Shown here: positions 7,028 to 16,930 of the stretch, piece by piece
Position numbering within the stretch: the first letter of the stretch is position 1
Layout: each line of letters starts with the position of its first letter
Virus record (IMG/VR): IMGVR_UViG_3300031992_002114
Location: 64,001 to 83,788 of that record
Direction: 5' to 3' (one strand)
DNA: 19,788 bases
Origin: a virus
Lineage: Duplodnaviria; Heunggongvirae; Uroviricota; Caudoviricetes
Translations under genes and position numbers: made by a program
The notes under the pieces: model-generated
Seen by the model: the letters and a program-made list of their open reading frames with translations, nothing else
Database searches by the model: none
Told to the model about the DNA's origin: nothing

Positions 7028-8938
7028 TTGAATAATTTTTATAAAAATGACTCAATTGAATCACTTACTCCACGAGAGCATGTTAGACTTCGTCCAGGAA
7101 TGTATGCGGGAGATACTAGTGATGCAACACAACTTGCAATAGAAATCTTAGGAAATTCTATTGATGAATTTAATATTGGTCATGGAGATTTAATCGAAAT
7201 TTATATAAATCCAGATTGGATTGATGAACAGAATGTTATTCTAATTCGTGATCATGGTCAGGGATTCCCAATAAATGTTCAACGAGATGATGGAGAAACA
7301 GTTCTTCAAGCTTCTTTTGATGTTATTAATACTTCTGGTAAATATCGTGATGATGGTGTGTATGAAGGAACAGCAATTGGTTTAAATGGAATTGGAGCAA
7401 AATTAACTAATTTTCTTTCTCATAAGTTAAATGTAGTTTCTTATGATAATGAAGGTAATTTTGAATCTATCTTTTTTACAGAAGGAATTTTTGAAAAAAG
7501 AGAAACAGGAAAATTAATTCATGCTTCTGGCACAGAAGTAGCTTTTATTCCTAGTGAAGAATTCTTTACTTCACCTATGGTAAATGAGAAGAAATTAAGA
7601 GATTTTTGTGAAGATATTACTTGTTTATGTGAAGGTCTTACTATTATTTTTAATAATGAGACTATTAAGCATGAAAATGGTATTCAAGATTTATTAATTA
7701 AACATCTTGGTAAAGAAATTGAAATCCTTAATAATCCATTATTTATCCAAGAGAGAAAGAACAAACAAGCTATTTCATTAGGATTAACTTATACAAGTAA
7801 AGGTTCTTCTACTATTATTCCTTATGTTAATTGTGGATTAACATCATCTGGCCCGCATATTACAGCTATTAAATCAACAATTACACGTGTTTTAAATAAA
7901 TGGGCAAAAGAACAAGGAATATTAAAAGCTAAAGATAAAAATTTAGACGGTTCTTCTCTTCAAGAAGGATTGATTTTAGTTGCTAATATTACAGCAGAAA
8001 ATGTAGCTTATAATGCTCAAATTAAATCTACAATTACTAAAATTGATACTAGTTTTATAAATACTATCCTTGCGGAGCAGCTTGAAATTTGGCTTGATAA
8101 TAATGTTGAAGATGGCACTAAAATTATTGAAAAAGCTCTTATAGCTCGTAAAGCCGCAGAAGCTGCTAAGAAAGCTAGAGAACAAGTCAAAAATAAAGCA
8201 AATAAATCTGAAAAAAAGAAAAATATTCAGTTACCTACAACTTTAACAGATTGTTGGAGTAAAGATAGAACAAAATGTGAATTATTAATTTGCGAGGGTA
8301 AGTCAGCTGCATCTGGATTAGTAGCAGCTAGAGACAGCGAAACACAAGCAGTTTATGGTGTTAGAGGAAAAATGTTAAGTGTTTTAAAAACAGCTCCCGC
8401 AAATATTTATAAAAACAAAGAAATTAATAATTTAGTTCAAGCTCTTGGATTGGCTGTTAATCCTGCTAATTGTAAATTAACATATGATGCATCTAAACTT
8501 CGTTATGGAAAGATTATAGCTTGTGCGGATGCAGATCCAGATGGGTCAGCTATTGAAAATTTACTTTTTAATATTTTATGGTATATATGCCCAGAATTAA
8601 TAACTAATGGTCATGTTTATTCGGCAGTACCACCTCTTTATAAGGTAATTACCAATAAGAATGAGTATATTTATCTTAAAGGTGATAAAGAATTAAAAGA
8701 ATGCCAACAAGTTTGTACTATTAAAACGATAAATCGTTTAAAGGGACTTGGCGAAATGGATTCAACAGAACTTAATGAAACTCTATTAGATCCTGCTACA
8801 AGACAAGTTTTACAACTCGAAGTAAAAGATTTTAAAGAAACTGATAAAATTTTTACAGATCTTTATGGTAAAGTAGTTGAACCAAGAATTAAATTCTTAC
8901 AAGAGCATGGAGAGGAAGCGAGAGCTGATTATGAATAG
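7028..8938 (+). CDS. gyrB: type IIA topoisomerase B subunit (GyrB/ParE-like), TTG start
   Basis: HVRLRPGMY, GHKL motifs (EILGNSIDE, DHGQGFP, GLNGIGAK), TOPRIM CEGKSA / RGK / DADPDG, and KGLGEM. Gyrase versus topoisomerase IV is not resolved. Confidence 0.92.
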   Translation: MNNFYKNDSIESLTPREHVRLRPGMYAGDTSDATQLAIEILGNSIDEFNIGHGDLIEIYINPDWIDEQNVILIRDHGQGFPINVQRDDGETVLQASFDVINTSGKYRDDGVYEGTAIGLNGIGAKLTNFLSHKLNVVSYDNEGNFESIFFTEGIFEKRETGKLIHASGTEVAFIPSEEFFTSPMVNEKKLRDFCEDITCLCEGLTIIFNNETIKHENGIQDLLIKHLGKEIEILNNPLFIQERKNKQAISLGLTYTSKGSSTIIPYVNCGLTSSGPHITAIKSTITRVLNKWAKEQGILKAKDKNLDGSSLQEGLILVANITAENVAYNAQIKSTITKIDTSFINTILAEQLEIWLDNNVEDGTKIIEKALIARKAAEAAKKAREQVKNKANKSEKKKNIQLPTTLTDCWSKDRTKCELLICEGKSAASGLVAARDSETQAVYGVRGKMLSVLKTAPANIYKNKEINNLVQALGLAVNPANCKLTYDASKLRYGKIIACADADPDGSAIENLLFNILWYICPELITNGHVYSAVPPLYKVITNKNEYIYLKGDKELKECQQVCTIKTINRLKGLGEMDSTELNETLLDPATRQVLQLEVKDFKETDKIFTDLYGKVVEPRIKFLQEHGEEARADYE

Positions 8939-11030
8939 TATTAATGTTATTTCAGAGATTTCTCAAAACTTTCTTGACTCATCTCTTGAAACGAATATGA
9001 ATAGAGCTTTTCCAAATATTCTTGATGGATTGAAACCTGGTCAACGCGCTTGTATTTGGGAAATGTATATAAAGAAGTATACAAGTAAAAAACCTCATGT
9101 AAAATCTGCTAAGGTAAGTGGCGGTGTTATTGCTGATTTATGGCCACATTCCGACGTAGCTATTTATGAAACTTTTGCTCGTATGTCTCAACCATTTATT
9201 AATAATATTCCTGAAATTGATTGGCATGGAGCAAATGGTAATCCTATTCTTGGTGGAGATGCTTTAGCAAATCAACGTTATACTGAATGTCGTTTAGCAG
9301 CTATTACAGAAGATGGCATGCTTCAAGGAATTAATAAAAATAATGTAGATATGATTCCTAACTTCAGTGAAGATGCTAAATGGCCTAAAGTACTACCATC
9401 AATTTTTCCTCGCCTTCTTGTTAATGGAGCACAAGGAATTGGAGTATCGCTATCAAATACTTGGCTTTGTCATAATTTTACTGAAACAGCTCAATTAATT
9501 TTTGATTATATCCGCACAGGAATTGTAGATAATGATAATTATTATCCTGATTTTCCAACAGGTGGAATTATTATAAACAAAGAAGATTTACCTAAAATTA
9601 ATAAAACTGGTAAAGGTAAAGTTATTATTGAAAGTAAATATACTATTAATGGGAATGAAATTAATTTTTCAGAACTTCCTTATCAAGTATATATTGAACC
9701 AGTAATTGATGAAATTAAAAAAGGAATCCAAGAGGATAAGATTACTGGAATTCAAGAGATCTATAATAAATCTGATAAAAATAGAATTCTTTTAACTATT
9801 GAGTGTGAAAATAATTGCAACCCAGAACAAGTAGTTCTTCAATTATTTGAAAATACTAATCTTCGTAAACAATATAATGCTAATCAAAATGGTATTATTA
9901 GTAAAACTCCAATTATGATTACTCTTGAGCAATATCTTCAAGAATATGTTAAACATAATCTTAATTGTATTAAAAGAGAATTTCAATATGATTTAGATGA
10001 AACAAATGAAAAAAAAGAAATTCTTGAGGGACTAGTTAAAGCTTTAGAAGATATTGATAATATTATTCAAACAATTAAACAAAGTAAAAATACTTCAGAA
10101 GCAAAAATTAATTTAATTAATAAATTTAATTTTACAGAATTACAAGCAGATGCAATTCTTAAAATGAGACTTAGTAAATTAGCAAATATGGAAAAAATTG
10201 CTATTAATAATGAGCTCCAAGAGAAAAAGGAATTTGCATTATATTGTGCGGGAATTGTTGAATCAATAGATAAACAAAAAGAAATTCTAGTTAATAGATT
10301 AGAAGAACTTGTTAAAAAATATGGAGACAAGCGCCGCACACAAATAATTCAAAAAGAAATTGCTTCTAAAGATAAAAAGAAAAAAGAAAAAATTGTTAAA
10401 GATGTAGTTATTACTTACGATGAAAAAGGTTATTTACAAAATATTCCTATTTCTGCATATAAGAAAACTGGAACTAAAGTAAATGTTCTTAAAATGAAGT
10501 CAAATGAATTATTTTTACTTTTCTCTTCTCTTGGACGAATTTTTAAAGTAAGAGCAGAAGAGGTTAAAGAATGCGGGAATCGAGATAAAGGTCAAGCAGT
10601 TGGAACTATTTTAAACCTTGCTTCGCAAGAAAAGATTCTAAATATTTTTAATATGGGAATAGATAAAAAACATCCTTATATTATTTTCTTTACTAAATAT
10701 GGTTTAGTAAAAAAGAGTGATAAAAATATTTGGACTACAACAACTCAAAATAAAAAGGGAATGAAAGGAATTTCTCTTAAAGAAAATGATTCTATTGTAG
10801 GAGTCTTTGAAAGTAATGGAGATTTAGCGGTTGTTAAAAGTAAAACTCATATTATTAAATTTGAAGTAGAATCTATTAGAGCTACTAAAAACGGATATGG
10901 AGTAAAAGCTATTTCTCTTGATGAGGATGAGATAGTAGAAAAAGTAGAAATTATTCCTAAAAATTCTATTAAATATAATAATATTAAAATTCAAAATCGT
11001 GGCGGTAGAGGAGTTCTTATTCATGTCTAG
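8931..11030 (+). CDS. gyrA: type IIA topoisomerase A subunit (GyrA/ParC-like) with shortened C-terminal domain
   Basis: DGLKPGQR, PHSD, catalytic-Tyr motif ANQRYTECRL, FPRLLVNGAQGIGV, PDFPTGG. Likely start is ATG 8931, overlapping the B-subunit stop. Confidence 0.92.
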   Translation: MNSINVISEISQNFLDSSLETNMNRAFPNILDGLKPGQRACIWEMYIKKYTSKKPHVKSAKVSGGVIADLWPHSDVAIYETFARMSQPFINNIPEIDWHGANGNPILGGDALANQRYTECRLAAITEDGMLQGINKNNVDMIPNFSEDAKWPKVLPSIFPRLLVNGAQGIGVSLSNTWLCHNFTETAQLIFDYIRTGIVDNDNYYPDFPTGGIIINKEDLPKINKTGKGKVIIESKYTINGNEINFSELPYQVYIEPVIDEIKKGIQEDKITGIQEIYNKSDKNRILLTIECENNCNPEQVVLQLFENTNLRKQYNANQNGIISKTPIMITLEQYLQEYVKHNLNCIKREFQYDLDETNEKKEILEGLVKALEDIDNIIQTIKQSKNTSEAKINLINKFNFTELQADAILKMRLSKLANMEKIAINNELQEKKEFALYCAGIVESIDKQKEILVNRLEELVKKYGDKRRTQIIQKEIASKDKKKKEKIVKDVVITYDEKGYLQNIPISAYKKTGTKVNVLKMKSNELFLLFSSLGRIFKVRAEEVKECGNRDKGQAVGTILNLASQEKILNIFNMGIDKKHPYIIFFTKYGLVKKSDKNIWTTTTQNKKGMKGISLKENDSIVGVFESNGDLAVVKSKTHIIKFEVESIRATKNGYGVKAISLDEDEIVEKVEIIPKNSIKYNNIKIQNRGGRGVLIHV

Positions 11031-12165
11031 TTTATATCCAGAATCTTGGCAAATTCCACCTATGAAATATTGCTCTAAAGCATCTGATAAAGCCGCAAGA
11101 CAAGCTTTTGAATCAGGTGACTTTGTTATGCAAGAAAAATATGATGGAGCTTTATATCAATTAGAGAAAACTGATTCTGGATATATTTATTTATTTTCTA
11201 GAACAAAATCTCGTAAAACAGGAGAGCTTGTAGAAAAGTCTGATAACTTTCCTCATATTAAGAAATGGGCTGAATGGGCTATCCCAAATGGAACTATTCT
11301 CATAGGTGAAATTTATGTAGAAGGTGGACATTCTAACGATGTAACTAAATTATCTGGATGTTTACCTCAGAATGCAGTTAAACGTCAGTTTGATTCAAAT
11401 GAATATGGTGGTCCTGTAAAATATAAAGTATTTGATATTATTAGATTTGCAGGAGAAGATATTCAAAATAAACCAACTATTGAAAGAATTAATAATTATT
11501 TAAATAGTACTAGTTTAGACTATTCTTTTTCTGATAAGTATGTACAAAGAGTAACTACTTATTATGATAATTTTGAAGAACGACTTCAACAAATTTTTAA
11601 AAATGGTGGAGAAGGTGCTGTTTTTAAAAACAAAAATTGCCCTTATCGCGCGGGAAAACGTTCAACTGTATCTCAAGCTTTTAAATGGAAGCAACATTTA
11701 GATTCTGTTGATTTAATTTGTATTGGACTTGAAGATCCAATCATAGAATATACTGGTAAAGAAATTAATACTTGGCCATATTGGTATAGTTTTACAACTG
11801 ATCATTTTTATAAATGGGAATTTGATAAAAATAATCCCACATCGGCTCCATATAGCTTTGATGATGTTCCTGATATAGAACCGGTAACTAAGCCATTTTT
11901 TTACGGATGGAAAAATTCTATGTCTCTTGGATGTTATAAGAATGGAGAAATTGTTTATGTCGGTAAGGTAGCATCGGGATTAACTGATAGTATGCGGCAA
12001 GATATGGCAGAGCATCCAAAAAATTATCTTAATAGAGTTATTCAGGTAAGTTGTATGTCTGTAGATCCTAAAGAAGGAACATTGAGACATCCAGTATTTG
12101 AACAGATACGTGAAGATAAAAATCCAGAAGATTGTATTTATAAAGAAATTTTCAATGTTAAGTAA
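11023..12165 (+). CDS. ATP-dependent DNA ligase
   Basis: Motif I KYDG, III GEI, IIIa FDI, IV EGAVFK, V KWK, and OB-fold end LRHP. Start moved to ATG 11023 (SD GAGGAG). Confidence 0.9.
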   Translation: MSSLYPESWQIPPMKYCSKASDKAARQAFESGDFVMQEKYDGALYQLEKTDSGYIYLFSRTKSRKTGELVEKSDNFPHIKKWAEWAIPNGTILIGEIYVEGGHSNDVTKLSGCLPQNAVKRQFDSNEYGGPVKYKVFDIIRFAGEDIQNKPTIERINNYLNSTSLDYSFSDKYVQRVTTYYDNFEERLQQIFKNGGEGAVFKNKNCPYRAGKRSTVSQAFKWKQHLDSVDLICIGLEDPIIEYTGKEINTWPYWYSFTTDHFYKWEFDKNNPTSAPYSFDDVPDIEPVTKPFFYGWKNSMSLGCYKNGEIVYVGKVASGLTDSMRQDMAEHPKNYLNRVIQVSCMSVDPKEGTLRHPVFEQIREDKNPEDCIYKEIFNVK

Positions 12166-12174
12166 AAATAATTA

Positions 12175-12204
12175 TTGGCAACAAGGTTAAAAATAGGTTA
12201 TAAT
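12175..12204 (+). promoter_or_regulatory. sigma70/sigmaA-type promoter
   Basis: TTGGCA (12175-12180), 18-nt spacer, TATAAT (12199-12204); SD AAAGGAG before ATG 12242. Confidence 0.65.
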
Positions 12205-12241
12205 AATATAAAGTAAAAGTTAAGAGATAAAAGGAGTTTAT

Positions 12242-12487
12242 ATGATTTCAATTGATGAGGTACGTAATATTACCCCTGACCCGAAAGCTCTTATTAGTGA
12301 TGAACTTATTAATGAGCTAATGGATGAAATTGACGAGAAGATTAAGGTTGAAGCACATAAGGGTAATACCCGTGCTTGTTCTCGTCAGGTTAAACAAGCA
12401 GTAGGTGAAATTCTTGTAGAACGTTATGCTGCTGGTGGTTATAATGCAAAAATTCTTGGCAATCATACAGTAGAAATTAGTTGGTAA
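12242..12487 (+). CDS. hypothetical protein (81 aa)
   Basis: Own promoter, strong SD, and strongly biased codon usage (CTT, CGT). Confidence 0.75.
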   Translation: MISIDEVRNITPDPKALISDELINELMDEIDEKIKVEAHKGNTRACSRQVKQAVGEILVERYAAGGYNAKILGNHTVEISW

Positions 12488-12495
12488 AAAAGTTT

Positions 12496-12524
12496 TTGAC
12501 AGCATTATAAAAATATAATAAAAT
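12496..12524 (+). promoter_or_regulatory. sigma70/sigmaA-type promoter
   Basis: TTGACA (12496-12501), 17-nt spacer, TAAAAT (12519-12524). Confidence 0.6.
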
Positions 12525-12579
12525 ATAAATTGAAAAAAAAAGAGAATAATCTCAAAGAATGAAACAAAGGAGAAATAAA

Positions 12580-12846
12580 ATGGCTAAATATTTTTCAGAT
12601 AACGCTAAGACTGTTGTAACCTTCCTTCGTGAGCATCAGGGTGTTGACCTTGTTCAGAATGATATCGCTGATGCAACTGGAATTGCTCGTCGTTCAATGA
12701 CTGGTCTTATTAATTCTCTAGTTAAGAAGGACGTTGCTGTTCGTGATGAGGTTGAAATTGCAGAGGGTAAGACTGTTAAATATGTTCGTCTTACTGACCT
12801 TGGTATGACTATTGATCTTGATATGGATAAACCTGTTAAAGCTTAG
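12580..12846 (+). CDS. winged helix-turn-helix DNA-binding protein (MarR-like fold)
   Basis: 'VQNDIADATGIARRSMTGLINSLVKKDVA...VKYVRLTDLG' fits a wHTH pattern. Start at ATG 12580 with SD AAAGGAG. Confidence 0.7.
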   Translation: MAKYFSDNAKTVVTFLREHQGVDLVQNDIADATGIARRSMTGLINSLVKKDVAVRDEVEIAEGKTVKYVRLTDLGMTIDLDMDKPVKA

Positions 12847-12863
12847 TATTTATTCTAAAAATT

Positions 12864-12899
12864 AATAAAGAGATATAGAAATATATCTCTTTATTTTAG
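12864..12899 (+). terminator. perfect 14-bp hairpin; probable (possibly bidirectional) terminator
   Basis: AATAAAGAGATATA (12864-12877), GAAA loop, TATATCTCTTTATT (12882-12895), then TTAG. Confidence 0.65.
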
Positions 12900-12945
12900 T
12901 TCTTAAGACTGAAAAATTTTATAAAAATAAGGAGAATAAATATTT

Positions 12946-13911
12946 ATGAAACAAAATTTTATTAATAATGTTGAAATTAGAGGATATGTTTTTAGTCATA
13001 GTCTTCAAGAACGTGTAACAGGAGCAACTGCAAAACAGCCTAATACAACTTTTATTATGGGTGATGTAAATATTGCTACTGATAATCAAGGAATGAATAT
13101 TGTTCCTGTACATTTTACTTATGTAACTGAAACTTTTGCCAAGAGTGGTAAAAAGAATGCTACTTTTGATAATCTACGTCAGATTATTAATAATGCTAAA
13201 ACTTTTGAAACAGATGGTACTAATGCCGCAAAAGTTCGTATCACTGGACAAATTGAACTTAATGATTTTTATACTCGTCAAGGAGAGCTTGCTTCACCTA
13301 AGCGTGTGCGGGGAAGCTTCCTACATTTTCTTAATGCAGGAGAAACTATTGTTGATGATGTAAACAATACACTCTTTGATGTTGACTTTCTTGCTCTCGC
13401 TACCATTGAGCATGAGTATGAAGATAATCCCCAACAAAACTATTTAGAGCTTAAAGGTTTTGCTTTTGATTATCGTGGAGCTGTACTCCCAATGAGTTTT
13501 TCAGTTTCAAATAAACCTGGTCAAACTTTTTTCCAAAAAGAAGATATTAGTCAAACAAATCCTTATTTTGGAACCCTTCATGGAAATATTAAATCTACAA
13601 CTATTGAAATTACTCCAGATGTAGATGAAAGTCAAATGGGATTTGGTCAAGTAGTAGTTCGTCCAACTACTAGAACTTTCCGTTCTTGGGAAATTGTTGC
13701 AGCTAACATTAACGAGGGTGTTTCAGAAGATACTATTACTCCTGATGAACTTTCTCAAGGATTAGCTAATCGAGAAACTTATCTTGCTGAAATTAAAAAG
13801 CGCCAAGAGGAATATCAGAAAAGTCAAGCTGGTAATGCGGGATTCCCAAGCGGTTCTCAAGGAAATCAAGGGGCTCAAACTTTAGGTCAAATGGGTGGCT
13901 TTAAGTTTTAA
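12946..13911 (+). CDS. putative phage single-stranded DNA-binding protein (OB-fold-like)
   Basis: Beta-rich 'NNVEIRGYV' start, low-complexity Gly/Gln tail ending in an aromatic residue (GGFKF), and position directly upstream of a Sak4-like ATPase. Function is inferred. Confidence 0.6.
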   Translation: MKQNFINNVEIRGYVFSHSLQERVTGATAKQPNTTFIMGDVNIATDNQGMNIVPVHFTYVTETFAKSGKKNATFDNLRQIINNAKTFETDGTNAAKVRITGQIELNDFYTRQGELASPKRVRGSFLHFLNAGETIVDDVNNTLFDVDFLALATIEHEYEDNPQQNYLELKGFAFDYRGAVLPMSFSVSNKPGQTFFQKEDISQTNPYFGTLHGNIKSTTIEITPDVDESQMGFGQVVVRPTTRTFRSWEIVAANINEGVSEDTITPDELSQGLANRETYLAEIKKRQEEYQKSQAGNAGFPSGSQGNQGAQTLGQMGGFKF

Positions 13912-13927
13912 TCGAAAGGAGTAATAA

Positions 13928-14926
13928 ATGGCTGTTGATATTTTTGGAATTACTCCTCACAAAGTTAGTCGAGATCTTAAGGGATATACGGTGCTATTTT
14001 ATGGAGCACCAAAGACAGGTAAGACAACTATTGCATCTCAATTTGATAAAGCTCTATTATTAGCTTTTGAGGTTGGTTATTTAGCTCTTCCTGGTGTTAT
14101 GGCACAACCTATTAATTATTGGTCAGATTTTAAACAAGTACTTCGTCAGTTAAAAGAAGATCAAGCTCATGAAATGTTTTCAAATATTATTATAGATACG
14201 GCAGATATTGCTTATGATCTTTGTGAAAAGTTTATTTGTAGTCAAAATAGTGTCAGTTCAATAGGTGATATGCCTTATGGCGCTGGTTATGCAAAAGTTT
14301 CTAAGGAATTTGATGAAGCTTTACGACAAATTCCGCAAATGGGATATGGATTAATTATTATTTCTCATTCTCAAGATAAAGTTTTTAAAGATGAAAATGG
14401 GAAAGAATTTAATCAAATTGTTCCAACTCTTGGAACTCGTCCTCGTTTAATTGTAGATAGGATGTCAGATATTATCGGTTTTGCTCATCCTGAATTAGAT
14501 GAAGAAGGTAATACTAGAACAGCTCTTTATCTACGTGGTACTCCTAGATTTATTGCTGGTAGTCGTTTTAAATATATTAAACCAGTAATTGAATTTACTT
14601 ATGATAATCTTGTAGACGCTATTCATGAAGCTATTGATAAAGAAGCAGAAGAACATGAAGGAAAACTTGTTGTTGATTCTGCTGAAAGAGTTACAGTAGA
14701 AGAAATTGATTATGATGCTTGTATTGAAAAATTTAATCAATTAGTAAATAAACTTCAAGAAGTTAGTGGAGCTGAATTTGGTAATCGTTGGGCTGGTAAA
14801 ATTATTGAACTAACTGACAAGTATCTTGGTAAAGGTAAAAAGATTACAGAAACAACTTCAGAACAAGCAGAACAAGTATATTTAATTGTTACTGATCTTG
14901 AAGATGAAATGAAGAAATATCTATAA
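13928..14926 (+). CDS. AAA-type P-loop NTPase, Sak4-like recombinase
   Basis: Walker A YGAPKTGKTT, Walker B IIIDT, 'IISH' motif; adjacent to the SSB-like gene. Confidence 0.75.
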   Translation: MAVDIFGITPHKVSRDLKGYTVLFYGAPKTGKTTIASQFDKALLLAFEVGYLALPGVMAQPINYWSDFKQVLRQLKEDQAHEMFSNIIIDTADIAYDLCEKFICSQNSVSSIGDMPYGAGYAKVSKEFDEALRQIPQMGYGLIIISHSQDKVFKDENGKEFNQIVPTLGTRPRLIVDRMSDIIGFAHPELDEEGNTRTALYLRGTPRFIAGSRFKYIKPVIEFTYDNLVDAIHEAIDKEAEEHEGKLVVDSAERVTVEEIDYDACIEKFNQLVNKLQEVSGAEFGNRWAGKIIELTDKYLGKGKKITETTSEQAEQVYLIVTDLEDEMKKYL

Positions 14927-14938
14927 AGTTTAAAATAG

Positions 14939-14980
14939 AAAGGATAGGAAAATAAAATAGATTTTTCCTATCCTTTTTTT
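14939..14980 (+). terminator. Rho-independent terminator
   Basis: AAAGGATAGGAAAA (14939-14952) / TTTTCCTATCCTTT (14963-14976) perfect 14-bp stem; T run continues to 14980. Confidence 0.8.
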
Positions 14981-14997
14981 AATATAAAAGGAATTTT

Positions 14998-15369
14998 ATG
15001 AATAGACGTCAACTGTTAGATAAAATTAGAACTCATTATCTTAAAGATTATTATAATTATAATAAAGTAAGTTCTCAACTAAAAAGATATGAAGAACAAG
15101 GATTTAATTATGATACTATAAACGATATCTTACATTATTGGTATGATATTAAAAAAGAAAAACCTGAAAAATCTAATGGTGGAATTGCTATTATTGAATA
15201 TATTTTAGTAGAGTATAATAATTGGAAAAAAAGCCAAGAGGAACAAGAAGAAACAATAAAGTTAATTAAACAAAACATTAATAAGTTAAATTATAAAGAA
15301 AAAGAATACACCGTTAATCCAACTCCAATTAAAAGACCTCTGCATTTAAAATTATTTAATTTAGAATAA
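14998..15369 (+). CDS. hypothetical protein upstream of the helicase (123 aa)
   Basis: ORF track; SD AAAGGA. Position suggests a replication accessory role, but no motif was recognised. Confidence 0.7.
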   Translation: MNRRQLLDKIRTHYLKDYYNYNKVSSQLKRYEEQGFNYDTINDILHYWYDIKKEKPEKSNGGIAIIEYILVEYNNWKKSQEEQEETIKLIKQNINKLNYKEKEYTVNPTPIKRPLHLKLFNLE

Positions 15370-15372
15370 GAG

Positions 15373-16929
15373 GTGTTTTTATTGAATAAGAATCAAATTA
15401 ATAGTTTATATGATAGCGCTTCTGCGCTTCAAATTTTAGGATGTACAATGAAACATCCAAATTTAATTATTAATAGTGATGGTAAATATACTTTTACAGA
15501 AGATGATTTTGTTCCTGAAATTCATAAAATTGCATTTGGAGCTTTATATAATTTAGCAATTATGGGAACAACAAATATTACAGTTCAAGTAGTTTATGAT
15601 TATTTATCTGATAGACCTAAATCATTAGGGGTCTTTCAAGCAAGTAATGGAGAAGAGCTTCTTACTAGAGCTAAAGAAGCAGCTGATTTTGCAGCTTTTG
15701 ATTTTTATTATAATCGTTTAAAAAAATATTCACTTCTTAGAGGATATGCACGTGCGGGAGTTGACGTATCAGAATATTATAATTTTAACAATATTCTTAA
15801 TATGAAAGAAAAGCAAGAAGAACAAGAAAGATTTGATTCTTTAACTTTAACTGAATTAGCTGATGAAATTGATAGTTCTATCATGCGAGTTAGAGACGTA
15901 TATGTTGATAATAGTTTAGAAGAATCTTATACAATTGGAGATAATCTTTTTGAACTTGTAGAATCTTTAAAAGAAACTCCTGAAATGGGACTTCCCTTAT
16001 ATGGTGACATTTGCAATACAATTACTAGAGGAGCAAGACTTGGTTGTCTATATCTTCGTTCAGCAGCAACAGGAGTGGGTAAAAGTCGTAGTCTTTTAGC
16101 AGATTCTTGTTATATGGCTTGCTCAGAAATTTATAATAATTCGACGCAACAATGGGAAAATCACGGTAGCCCGCAACCTTCTTTATTTATTTCTACAGAA
16201 TTAGAATTAAGAGAACTTCAAACTATGGCTTTGGCATTTATATCTGGTATTCCTGAAAATAGAATTTTAGATGGAGAATTACATTTTGATGAAGAAGATA
16301 GATTGAAAAAAGCTATAGGATTATTACAAAATGCTCCACTTTATATTGAATTATTACCTAATTTTTCTGTAAAAGATATTGAAAATTGTATTAAAAGAAA
16401 TTTAAGAATAAACAGAGTGCAATATATTTTCTTTGATTACTTATCTACTTCTCTTGGAATTCTTGAAGAAGTTGGACGTAGAACTCGCGGAGTTGCAATG
16501 CGAGAAGATAGTATTTTATTTTTAATATCAACTAAACTTAAAGAAATAGCAGTTCAATTCAATGTTTTTATTATGACAGCGACTCAACTTAATATGGATT
16601 GGAAAACCGATCCGTTACCTGACCAAAATTTATTAAGAGGAGCAAAATCCATCGCAGATAAAACAGATTTTGGTAGTATTCTATTAAATTCAACAGAAAA
16701 AGATGAACAAATGTTAGCTCCTATCATTCAAGAATTAGGATGTTCTATGCCTAATGTAAAATTAAGTGTATATAAAAATCGTAGAGGTTCAATTGTTCAA
16801 TCTTATATTTGAATGGTAGCCGATAAATCAACTTGTAGATTTAATCCAATTTTTGTAACTGATTGGTGGTATAAACCAATAGAAGTAGAAAAAACTAAAA
16901 TTAAAGTAGTATTACCTTGGGAAGATTAA
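15373..16929 (+). CDS. dnaB: DnaB-like replicative helicase; extends through in-frame TGA 16810 (=Trp) to TAA 16927-16929
   Basis: Walker A SAATGVGKS, Walker B IFFDY, TATQLN, GAKSIADKTD and KNRRG. After TGA the frame continues (W)MVADKSTCRFNPIFVTDWWYKPIEVEKTKIKVVLPWED* and ends 1 nt before the primase ATG. The true start may be TTG 15382 (SD GAGGTG). Confidence 0.9.
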
Positions 16930-16930
16930 T

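Noticed and set aside
1439-12579. ORF-track starts at 1439, 2031, 8877, 10999 and 12559
   Set aside because: They overlap upstream genes or lack an SD; downstream ATGs (1514, 2082, 8931, 11023, 12580) have SDs and/or stop-start coupling.
3154-14740. Minus-strand ORFs in the track (3154-3396, 7976-8185, 10067-10339, 10824-11024, 12317-12505, 12919-13113, 14531-14740) and nested + ORF 13136-13363
   Set aside because: They lie antisense to or inside well-supported genes, have shadow-like Phe/Ile/Leu/Ser-rich composition, and I saw no supporting SD or promoter.
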